From positions 1,033-65,032 of the forward strand of contig DASYUK010000480.1 of NCBI GenBank assembly GCA_036001325.1: DNA of 64,000 bases. The letters run 5' to 3'. The position numbers and the translations under genes were made by a program. The stretch is from Thermoanaerobaculia bacterium. Lineage in GTDB: Bacteria; Acidobacteriota; Thermoanaerobaculia; Gp7-AA8. The number at the start of each line of letters is the position of its first letter. The first letter of the stretch is position 1. Below are positions 1 through 7,503 of the stretch, piece after piece. The notes beneath the pieces are model-generated. The model searched no databases. It saw only the letters and a program-made list of their open reading frames with translations, and was not told where the DNA came from.

Positions 1-217
1 CCACGGCTCGACCATCGGTCAGCTCGAAGAGGAACCGCTGTTCTATCTCCGCTCTCGCGGCATCGGCGAAGAGGATGCGCGCAACCTGCTCGTGTACGCG
101 TTCGCCAGCGAGATCGTCGACAGGATGAAGGTCGAGCCGATTCGCGAACACGTGCGCCGGGCGATGTTCGCGCAGATGCCGGGACGTTTGCCGGAGAGAA
201 GGGAGGGGACGCGATGA
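1..217 (+). CDS. sufD: Fe-S cluster assembly protein SufD, C-terminal fragment (5' end outside window)
   Basis: In-frame translation ...TIGQLEEEPLFYLRSRGIGEEDARNLLVYAFASEIV... matches the conserved SufD C-terminus; stop TGA overlaps sufS ATG (ATGA). Confidence 0.6.
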   Translation, partial: HGSTIGQLEEEPLFYLRSRGIGEEDARNLLVYAFASEIVDRMKVEPIREHVRRAMFAQMPGRLPERREGTR

Positions 218-1470
218 GCCAGGTCGCAGGTCGCAGGTCGCAGGTCGCGGAAGCGTACGACGTCGACGCCATCCGTCGCGATTTCCCGATTCTCTCGCGC
301 ACCGTTCGCGGCAAGCCGCTCGTCTATCTCGATAACGCTGCTACGACCCAGAAACCGCAGCTCGTGATCGATCGGCTCGTCCGTTACTACTCGGACGAGA
401 ACTCGAATGTGCACCGCGGCGTTCACTATCTGAGCGAGATCGCCACGGCCGCCTACGAAGAAGCACGCACGACCGTCAAGCGCTTCATCAACGCGCGATC
501 GGAGAAGGAAATCGTCTTCACGCGCGGAACGACCGAGAGCATCAATCTGGTCATGCAGAGCTGGGGTCGCAAGAACATCAAAGCCGGCGATGAAGTGCTG
601 ATCTCGGCGATCGAGCATCACTCGAACATCGTCCCCTGGCAACTGCTGTGCGAAGAGAAAGGAGCGAAACTCCGCGTCACTCCCGTGAATGATGCCGGCG
701 AGCTCCTCATCGACGAGTTCGCGCGCATGCTCAACGAGCGCGTGAAGATCGTCGCCGTCGGTCATGCCTCGAACGCCCTCGGCACCATCAATCCGGTCAA
801 GAAGATGATCTCGCTCGCGCATGCGAATGGATCGCTGATCGCCATCGACGGCGCGCAAGGCGTGCCGCACATGAATGTCGACGTGCAGGATCTCGACTGC
901 GACTTCTACGCGTTCTCCGGCCACAAGGTCTACGGGCCGACCGGTGTGGGCGTGCTGTACGGACGGGAGAACCTCCTCGAGGAGATGCCGCCGTGGCAGG
1001 GCGGCGGCGACATGATCCTCTCCGTGTCGTTCGAGAAGACGACGTACAACGCGCTGCCTTACAAGTTCGAAGCGGGAACGCCAAACATCGCCGGCGTCAT
1101 CGGTCTCGCGGCTGCTCTGGACTATGTCGGATCGATCGGGCTGGAAAACATCGCGTCGTACGAGCACGACATCCTTCTCTATGCGACGCGCCGGCTGCAG
1201 GAGATCGATGGGCTCCGCATCATCGGCACGGCGGCGAACAAGGCGGCCGTGATCTCATTCGTGCTCGAGGGTGTGCATCCGCACGACATCGGAACGGTGC
1301 TCGATCAACAGGGCATCGCCATTCGCACCGGCCATCACTGCGCGCAACCGCTGATGATGCGCTTCAACGTGCCCGCAACGGGGCGCGCCTCGTTCGGGCT
1401 CTACAACACACGCGAAGAAGCCGATAGCCTGGTCACCGGTCTGCGGAAAGTCATCGAGGTGTTCCGCTGA
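214..1470 (+). CDS. sufS: cysteine desulfurase SufS (class V aminotransferase, PLP)
   Basis: 418 aa; VYLDNAATTQKP N-terminal motif, PLP-lysine region, C-terminal catalytic Cys loop (HHCAQPL); followed by sufU. Confidence 0.95.
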   Translation: MSQVAGRRSQVAEAYDVDAIRRDFPILSRTVRGKPLVYLDNAATTQKPQLVIDRLVRYYSDENSNVHRGVHYLSEIATAAYEEARTTVKRFINARSEKEIVFTRGTTESINLVMQSWGRKNIKAGDEVLISAIEHHSNIVPWQLLCEEKGAKLRVTPVNDAGELLIDEFARMLNERVKIVAVGHASNALGTINPVKKMISLAHANGSLIAIDGAQGVPHMNVDVQDLDCDFYAFSGHKVYGPTGVGVLYGRENLLEEMPPWQGGGDMILSVSFEKTTYNALPYKFEAGTPNIAGVIGLAAALDYVGSIGLENIASYEHDILLYATRRLQEIDGLRIIGTAANKAAVISFVLEGVHPHDIGTVLDQQGIAIRTGHHCAQPLMMRFNVPATGRASFGLYNTREEADSLVTGLRKVIEVFR

Positions 1471-1919
1471 TGTCGGATCTGCGCGAGCTCTATCAGCAGG
1501 TCATCCTCGACCACAACAAGACGCCCCGAAACTTCCGTGAGATCGCGAATCCGACCAGCCGCGTCGAGGGTTACAACCCCCTCTGCGGCGATCACTACAC
1601 CGTTTATCTCCAACTCGACGGCGACACGATCAAGGACGTGAGTTTCACCGGTAGTGGTTGCGCCATCTCCAAAGCCTCCGCGTCAGTGATGAGCTCGACG
1701 GTCAAAGGAAAGTCGAAGGAAGAGGCCGATCGCCTTTTCGGCACCTTTCACAAACTCGTCACTGGTGATACAAGCGGCCTCGACGCGGCAGATCTGGGCC
1801 GGCTGGCCGCGTTCTCAGGGGTGTCGGAGTTTCCGGCGCGCGTGAAGTGCGCGACGCTGGCATGGCACACGCTGCGAACAGCCCTCGATGGTGAGAAAGA
1901 TACGGTGACAACCGAATGA
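1470..1919 (+). CDS. sufU: SufU/IscU-like zinc-dependent sulfur transfer scaffold
   Basis: 149 aa; NPLCGD...GSGCAISKAS motifs of the SufE2/NifU-like family; start overlaps sufS stop. Confidence 0.9.
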   Translation: MSDLRELYQQVILDHNKTPRNFREIANPTSRVEGYNPLCGDHYTVYLQLDGDTIKDVSFTGSGCAISKASASVMSSTVKGKSKEEADRLFGTFHKLVTGDTSGLDAADLGRLAAFSGVSEFPARVKCATLAWHTLRTALDGEKDTVTTE

Positions 1920-2473
1920 ACATGCGAGAAGAAGTCGTCGTCAACCGTAACGCGGAAGCGGTCATGATTCCGAGCGGCGAGAGAGTTCTCGTTCCGCAAG
2001 GCGCTCGCGCGACGATCACGCAGAATCTCGGCGGCACCTACACGATCATCACCGATCGCGGCCTGATGGTGCGCATCTCCGGCCGGGAAGTCGAAGCGAT
2101 CGGCAAGACTCCTGCCGTGGCGCCGCAGGTCGTCGAGGATGAGGATCTGACGATCGAGAAGCTCGAGAAGCTCGTTTGGGAACAGCTCAAGACCTGCTAC
2201 GACCCCGAGATCCCCGTGAACATCGTCGACCTCGGCCTTGTGTATCTCTGCGAGGTCATCGACGCCGAAGGCGGCGGCAAGGACGTCAAGATCAAGATGA
2301 CGCTCACCGCGCCCGGTTGTGGGATGGGCCCCGTGCTCGCCGGCGACGTGAAGCACAAAGTGGAGGCGATCCCCGGCGTGAAGCACGCCGATGTCGAGGT
2401 CGTCTTCGATCCGGTCTGGGACCGCACCATGATGTCCGACGCCGCGAAGCTGCAGCTAGGCATGATGTGGTGA
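1916..2473 (+). CDS. sufT: SUF-associated DUF59 (MIP18/SufT-like) Fe-S assembly protein with N-terminal extension
   Basis: C-terminal half (...CYDPEIPVNIVDLGLVY...MTLTAPGCGMG...) is a canonical DUF59/PaaD-like domain; operon position after sufU. Confidence 0.75.
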   Translation: MNMREEVVVNRNAEAVMIPSGERVLVPQGARATITQNLGGTYTIITDRGLMVRISGREVEAIGKTPAVAPQVVEDEDLTIEKLEKLVWEQLKTCYDPEIPVNIVDLGLVYLCEVIDAEGGGKDVKIKMTLTAPGCGMGPVLAGDVKHKVEAIPGVKHADVEVVFDPVWDRTMMSDAAKLQLGMMW

Positions 2474-2531
2474 TTTCAGTGCGATAGAATTCCTTCCGTT
2501 CTCCCCAAATCGAACAATCGAGGAGTGTGGA

Positions 2532-3116
2532 ATGCCGTTCTGCGCTTACTGCGGTACGCCCGTCGACGCCATCTCGTACGCTCCGTGTCCCTCCTGCGGG
2601 AATCCGCGCAACGGTGCACCGCGTCCGGCGGTGAAGAAGGGCGGAAATGCCGCGATCATCATCGCGGCGGTCGTGATCGGCGGCCTCGTAGTCTTGGCGA
2701 TCGGCGGCATTCTGGCGGCGATTGCGATTCCTAACCTGCTCACTGCCATGCAAAGGACCAGGCAGAAGCGCACGATGGCCGACATGAGCGCGATCGGCAC
2801 TGCGGTCGAAGCGTATGGAAGCGATCAGCACAAGTATCCGACAGCCAGCGAGCTCGATTCGCTCATGCCGAAGTACGTCAGGAACCTTCCGCGCACTGAC
2901 GGGTGGGAGCATCCGTACCTCTACCAGTGCTGGAGCACGCACGGCGGCACCGACTGCGACGCGTACGCGATCGGCAGCGCCGGCAAAGACGGCGTTTTCG
3001 AGCGAAATGACTTGAAGGAGTATCTGGATGGCAGCAGAGCGACGACGAACTTCAACAGCGACATCGTGTTTGCCAATGGCTCGTTCGTTCAGTATCCGGA
3101 AGGAGTGCAACACTGA
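2532..3116 (+). CDS. zinc-ribbon / TM / GspG-type pseudopilin-like domain fusion protein
   Basis: N-terminal CxxC...CxxC ribbon, one TM helix containing the pilin-like ILAAIAIPNL motif, then a domain paralleling T2SS GspG (ADMSAIGTAVEAY, DGWEHPY, SAGKDG) but without a prepilin G/FTLIE cleavage site. Confidence 0.6.
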   Translation: MPFCAYCGTPVDAISYAPCPSCGNPRNGAPRPAVKKGGNAAIIIAAVVIGGLVVLAIGGILAAIAIPNLLTAMQRTRQKRTMADMSAIGTAVEAYGSDQHKYPTASELDSLMPKYVRNLPRTDGWEHPYLYQCWSTHGGTDCDAYAIGSAGKDGVFERNDLKEYLDGSRATTNFNSDIVFANGSFVQYPEGVQH

Positions 3117-3448
3117 TGTTCTGCACGAACTGCGGCCAGCAACTCCCGCCCAACGCGACCGCGTGTCCGAATTGCGCGACGCGTGTTCGCCGCCTTCCGG
3201 CACCGCCACCCGTTCCGAACTACCTCGTGCCGGCGGTGTTCGTCACGTTGTGCTGTTGTCTTCCTTTCGGAATCGTTTCCGTCGTTTACGCAGCGCAGGT
3301 GAACACCAAAGCAGCAGCAGGCGACATCGCCGGAGCGCAGGCGGCGTCGAAGAACGCGAAGATGTGGGCGTGGATCGCGTTCGGAACCGGCATATTACTT
3401 TCGATCCTCGGAGTGCTCGCCAATGTCGCGAACCTCGGCAACCGTTAG
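3116..3448 (+). CDS. zinc-ribbon + CD225/dispanin family small membrane protein
   Basis: CTNCG...CPNC ribbon then CCCLPFGIVSVVYAAQV...AGDIAGAQAASKNAKMWAWIAFG typical of CD225/IFITM-like proteins; ATGA overlap with upstream gene. Confidence 0.7.
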   Translation: MFCTNCGQQLPPNATACPNCATRVRRLPAPPPVPNYLVPAVFVTLCCCLPFGIVSVVYAAQVNTKAAAGDIAGAQAASKNAKMWAWIAFGTGILLSILGVLANVANLGNR

Positions 3449-3815
3449 AGTGTTCGGCGCGGCCGCGGTGACACTCGCTGGCGCGAGCCTGTACGTCGTG
3501 TACGCATTCGATCCGGCAGTCGGGACGTTTTTCCCGCACTGCGCGTTTCACGATCTGACGGGATTGCAGTGCCCCGGATGCGGGACGACTCGAGCTCTTC
3601 ACGCATTCCTGCACGGCCACATCGCCGCCGCGTTTCACTACAACCGTCTGCTCGTCAGTGTCGCTCCGCTGCTCGTCGCTGCGGTGGCCGGTGAAGCTCG
3701 CTCGCGTCTGCTCAGCGAGCCGGCTCCGCGCGTGCTCCGGAACCCATGGACCGGCTGGAGCATTTTCGTCACGCTCGTCCTCTGGTGGATCGTGCGCAAC
3801 GTGATGAACTGGTGA
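3423..3815 (+). CDS. DUF2752 family membrane protein
   Basis: HCAFHDLTGLQCPGCGTTRAL motif characteristic of DUF2752, which is commonly paired with CD225 proteins. Confidence 0.7.
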   Translation: MSRTSATVRVFGAAAVTLAGASLYVVYAFDPAVGTFFPHCAFHDLTGLQCPGCGTTRALHAFLHGHIAAAFHYNRLLVSVAPLLVAAVAGEARSRLLSEPAPRVLRNPWTGWSIFVTLVLWWIVRNVMNW

Positions 3816-3817
3816 GC

Positions 3818-4114
3818 TCAGCGGTGGTTGCGAAACCACGTCCACTGGTCGATCGATTTTCCTTCCTGGAGCTGCTGCGCCTGCAGGTAGCCATCGATTG
3901 CCGTGAAAGCTGCGACGACACCGGACAGCGTTCCGCAACTCGGAGGAAACAGGAAGACCGCGCACACAACGATCGCGATGATTCCTTTCCTCTTTTGTCC
4001 GAGCAGCAGGTAGCCCGCGCCCCCGAGGAACAGATTCAGGATGCAGACGAGTACGGGATCGACTCCGCCTCCCGGCCTGGGCACGGGAGGCGGTGCCTCG
4101 GAGCGATCTACCAC
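3818..4114 (-). CDS. small two-TM membrane protein (TM2-domain-like)
   Basis: 98 aa, GC3-rich codons, LNLFLGGAGYLLLGQKRKG motif; start abuts stop of the downstream DUF4870 gene. Confidence 0.5.
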   Translation of the reverse strand: MVDRSEAPPPVPRPGGGVDPVLVCILNLFLGGAGYLLLGQKRKGIIAIVVCAVFLFPPSCGTLSGVVAAFTAIDGYLQAQQLQEGKSIDQWTWFRNHR

Positions 4115-4533
4115 TTATCAGCCATGTCGCTGATGACGGGCACTCGGAAGCGCTGGCCGCCGACGCCCTTGACGATGCACATGATGCGGATGACGAGAAA
4201 CGCGATCCAGACGACGCACTGAACGGTCGCGATGCCGCAGCCGAGGCCGACGCCTTGGGGCATGAAGAATCCGACACAGGCCAGCACGACCCAGATCACG
4301 ACTTCGGCCACGAGGATGGCCAGGCCGTTCTTCGCATGCCACTGAACTTCGCGATCGTCTTTCTTCGTAAGAAGTGGGATGAGAGCGAGGATCCAGAGGT
4401 ACGACAGCACGACCATCAGCGTGCGGTCGGAACTCGCACCGGGCGCTCCGCCCGGTGGCGGTGGAGGCGGCGGTGTGTACGATCCGCCGGGTGGTGGCGG
4501 AGGGGGCACAGTGGGCGGAGGCATTGCGCTCAT
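4108..4533 (-). CDS. DUF4870 family membrane protein with Pro-rich N-terminus
   Basis: PPPPPPGGSYTPPPPPPPGG low-complexity N-terminus followed by the conserved DUF4870 core (LSYLWILALIPLL...WHAKNGLAIL); start chosen at MSAMPPP. Confidence 0.65.
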   Translation of the reverse strand: MSAMPPPTVPPPPPPGGSYTPPPPPPPGGAPGASSDRTLMVVLSYLWILALIPLLTKKDDREVQWHAKNGLAILVAEVVIWVVLACVGFFMPQGVGLGCGIATVQCVVWIAFLVIRIMCIVKGVGGQRFRVPVISDMADKW

Positions 4534-4576
4534 TCGAACTCCTTCTCCTATCGGATTTCTTTGAACGGGGCTGATT

Positions 4577-6232
4577 CTAGCGACTTTGCTCGAGCCGCGC
4601 GAGACGCCGTTCCGCCGCGGCAAGAGGGACCACGGCGAGAAGGATCGACGCGGTCACGGCAACCGCGATCGGCACGGCTGTGGCGATCCAGGGCCGCTCG
4701 TAACCGACGCGAAAGATCTTCCAGAAGAAGTACAGCATGATCGGCCGCGCCGCGAGCAGCATCATCGCGCCGACGTAAGTCAGCGAAACGGCCATGTAGG
4801 CGAAACCGCCGAGCGAGAGTCCTACCTGCAGCGGATTCTCTGCGTCGAAATTCGGTGAGAGAGCACCCATGCCCACACCGAGGCTCACGAGCGTGAAGGC
4901 GATCATCGCCGCCGCCGGCATCGTGAACGCCCAGACGATCAGCCCGGCCGCCAGGATCGTATTCGCAAACGCCGTTAGAAGAAGGGCGACCAGCGTCAAC
5001 GGGACCCCGTAGACGATCAACTTTACAGCCAGCAACTGCCGGTACGAGACCGGCGACACCTGCAACATCCAGAACGCTTTCCCTTCGGATGAGATGGACG
5101 GATAGGCGAAGCGCAAGCAGATTGCGGCGACCACGAAGCCGGCCATGCCGAGGTTCGCGTAGGCGACGAGCGTCGCGCGCGCATCGCCGCCGAGGGGGAG
5201 CATGCGCACGTTGTAGAGATAGATGAAGAGCAGCGCACCCATCATGAAGAGCTGCGACCACTGCGCGACGTCGCGCGTGAGCGTGCGAATTTCTTTCGCG
5301 ATCAGTGCGCGCACCGGCGGTTGCGCACGCGAGAGCAGCCTGTCGATCGAGCGCGTCAGAGGTTTTGCGCCGATCGCCATCGGGGCCATGCTCTCGCGCG
5401 CGCGAACGAAGGCGGCGAAATACGTGCGTCTCGCCGCAAACGCAAACAACGCGAACCCGATCAGAGCGAGACCAGCGATCCTCGGCGGCAGCGGCGAGGG
5501 ATGCAGAGATACCATCGTGTCGGCGAGCGCGGTGCCCGGATAAAGATCGATCGATGGCAGCTCGATCGCGCGCAGAGCAGCGACGAGATTGTCGGTGCGC
5601 ACTTCCGTGAAGAGCCGCTCCGGCCGGCTGACCCGGAACGCCACAACCGTGACGGTCAGAACGAGGATCGCGATCGTGGCGACGATCTGATGAACACGGC
5701 GCACCGGAAACCAACGGACGAGCAGAACGATGGTCAGACTGGCCAAAGTCACAGGAATCGTCAGCAACAGCGCGAGATTGCCGAGGACGATCGGGTAATA
5801 CGTCCACGGACGTTCGTACTGAAGCGCGAACGCAACGAAGAGCGGAACGAGAAAGGCGAAGACGATCGCCGCGCTTTGCAAGAGCGTCTTCGCCCATCGC
5901 GCGACGACGATGGTTAATTTGCGGCGAGGCGCGGCGTGATAGATATCGAGATCGAGATCAGTGAAGAACGCGCCGATCGCTGCGCTCATTGCCGATGAGA
6001 AGAGCACGATCGTGGCGACGAGAAAGACCATCGCCAGAATGTTGCGCAGGATCGCCAACGCGAAGAAGGGCGACGCCGCTTCAATCTGACCTGTCGCGCG
6101 GAAGAGTCGGCGAAACAGGGCGAAATCGCCATAGAGAAACAGGGCGAACGTGATCGCGACGACGCTGATGCGTGCGACGGCCGCGGCGTTGAGCGGGCGG
6201 AGTTTCGAGAGGGCGATGCGAAGAGACCACAT
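4577..6232 (-). CDS. polytopic membrane protein (putative ABC-exporter/ABC-2 permease-like, no ATPase domain)
   Basis: About 550 aa of almost continuous predicted TM helices. The ORF-track N-terminus (MGRRYRGLSAKRPTAPTTYDLRP) is translation of the intergenic palindrome, so start is placed at MWSL (6232). Confidence 0.5.
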   Translation of the reverse strand: MWSLRIALSKLRPLNAAAVARISVVAITFALFLYGDFALFRRLFRATGQIEAASPFFALAILRNILAMVFLVATIVLFSSAMSAAIGAFFTDLDLDIYHAAPRRKLTIVVARWAKTLLQSAAIVFAFLVPLFVAFALQYERPWTYYPIVLGNLALLLTIPVTLASLTIVLLVRWFPVRRVHQIVATIAILVLTVTVVAFRVSRPERLFTEVRTDNLVAALRAIELPSIDLYPGTALADTMVSLHPSPLPPRIAGLALIGFALFAFAARRTYFAAFVRARESMAPMAIGAKPLTRSIDRLLSRAQPPVRALIAKEIRTLTRDVAQWSQLFMMGALLFIYLYNVRMLPLGGDARATLVAYANLGMAGFVVAAICLRFAYPSISSEGKAFWMLQVSPVSYRQLLAVKLIVYGVPLTLVALLLTAFANTILAAGLIVWAFTMPAAAMIAFTLVSLGVGMGALSPNFDAENPLQVGLSLGGFAYMAVSLTYVGAMMLLAARPIMLYFFWKIFRVGYERPWIATAVPIAVAVTASILLAVVPLAAAERRLARLEQSR

Positions 6233-6238
6233 GATGAT

Positions 6239-6321
6239 GGGTCGTAGGTCGTAGGTCGTAGGTGCCGTGGGCCTTTTGGCGCTGAGGCCCCGATACCTAC
6301 GACCCACGACCTACGACCTAC
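6239..6321. repeat. long imperfect palindrome built from (GTCGTAG)3 ... (CTACGAC)3 arms with an inner GGGCC/GGCCC hairpin
   Basis: Direct reading: gggtcgtaggtcgtaggtcgtaggt...acctacgacccacgacctacgacctac; overlaps the ddl stop codon; sits between two minus-strand genes. Confidence 0.8.
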
Positions 6322-7400
6322 GTAATCCTACGCGCGTTGCGCAGCCACTCGAGCGCGCCGTCGCGCCGGGCGGTACGCGATCGGTGACGCTCCAAACCGA
6401 GCTCGATGAGCATCTCGATCAATTTCGAATATTTGATCTCGGTCGCCTCCCACAGTTTGGGATACATGGAGATGGTCGTGAAGCCCGGGATCGTATTGAT
6501 CTCGTTCACGAGCAGGCGACTGGTTCCCTTCTCCAGAAAAAAGTCGACGCGCGCGTAACCGCTTGCGCCGATCGCGCGAAACGCTCCCACCGCGAGCCGT
6601 CGAATCTCTTCGGTCTTTTCCTTCGGCAGCTTCGCCGGGATGACCAGCGTCGACTTCGCGTCGGCAGCGTATTTGTCCTCATAGTCGTAAAACTCGCGTC
6701 CGGCGATGATCTCGCCAGGCACGGACGCCTGCGGTTGATCGTTGCCGAGGACTGAGACTTCGAGCTCGCGAGCGTCGACGCCGCGCTCGATCAGGATCTT
6801 GTCGTCGAATCGCAGCGCGAATTCCACTGCAGCGGCGAGATCGCCGTCGCTCTTCACCTTCGTTACGCCGATCGATGATCCGCTGTTCGCCGGCTTCACG
6901 AAATAGGGAAGCCGCAACATGTTGATGACGGCGCGCGTGACCCGCTCGCGCTCATCGCTCCACTCAGTCTCGTGCACGAGAACGTATTCGACGGTCGGCA
7001 GCTTCGCCGTCGCGAAGGCGTGCTTCATGTGTCCCTTGTCCATCCCCACCGCCGACGCCGCGACGCCCGAGCCGACATACGGCGCGCCGATCGTCTCGAG
7101 GTAACCCTGCAGAGTGCCGTCCTCCCCACCGGTGCCGTGAATCAGAGGGAAGACGACATCCGCATTGCCGGCGCGCCACCATGAGTCGAACGAGAAATCG
7201 ACATCTCCTGCATCGCTGCTCGCGCCGCCGAGGATCTCCGCACTGCGCTGCGGCGCAATGAAGCGACCATCTTTCGCCACGCAGATCGGGATGATCTCGA
7301 TGCGCGACTTCGGCGCGGCGTTCGCGACAGAACGTGCCGAGAGAATCGAGACGTCGTGCTCGGCGCTCCGGCCGCCGAAGATCAGGGCTGTGCGGATCAT
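6318..7400 (-). CDS. ddl: D-alanine--D-alanine ligase
   Basis: 360 aa; ATP-grasp fold with N-terminal IFGGRSAEHDVS and C-terminal conserved Ddl motifs. Confidence 0.95.
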   Translation of the reverse strand: MIRTALIFGGRSAEHDVSILSARSVANAAPKSRIEIIPICVAKDGRFIAPQRSAEILGGASSDAGDVDFSFDSWWRAGNADVVFPLIHGTGGEDGTLQGYLETIGAPYVGSGVAASAVGMDKGHMKHAFATAKLPTVEYVLVHETEWSDERERVTRAVINMLRLPYFVKPANSGSSIGVTKVKSDGDLAAAVEFALRFDDKILIERGVDARELEVSVLGNDQPQASVPGEIIAGREFYDYEDKYAADAKSTLVIPAKLPKEKTEEIRRLAVGAFRAIGASGYARVDFFLEKGTSRLLVNEINTIPGFTTISMYPKLWEATEIKYSKLIEMLIELGLERHRSRTARRDGALEWLRNARRIT

Positions 7401-7412
7401 GTCTTCAAGGGT

Positions 7413-7497
7413 GTCAGGTCTTCAGTTTTCAGTTTTTTTCTACGACCATTGGATTTTTCCAAGACCGGTAGAAAAAAACTGAAAACTGAAGACCTGA
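7413..7497. terminator. perfect 31-bp inverted repeat (bidirectional terminator-like) with U/A tracts
   Basis: gtcaggtcttcagttttcagtttttttctac ... gtagaaaaaaactgaaaactgaagacctgac; lies between MCE gene stop and ddl start on the minus strand. Confidence 0.75.
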
Positions 7498-7503
7498 CCC
7501 CAT

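Noticed and set aside
43-1167. 374-aa minus-strand ORF covering sufS
   Set aside because: Antisense shadow of a strongly supported sufS gene in high-GC DNA; Arg/Ala/Asp-rich composition, no homology signal.
4548-5897. 449-aa minus ORF and several 100-200-aa ORFs in alternative frames of the 4577-6232 membrane-protein gene
   Set aside because: Arg/Pro/Ala-rich frame-shadow translations typical of GC-rich coding DNA; the TM-rich frame is the coherent one.
6239-6321. Possibility that the tandem-unit palindromes are terminal inverted repeats of an IS/MITE
   Set aside because: No transposase, target-site duplication or paired distant copies; both arms are adjacent within <90 nt, so they are hairpins rather than element ends.
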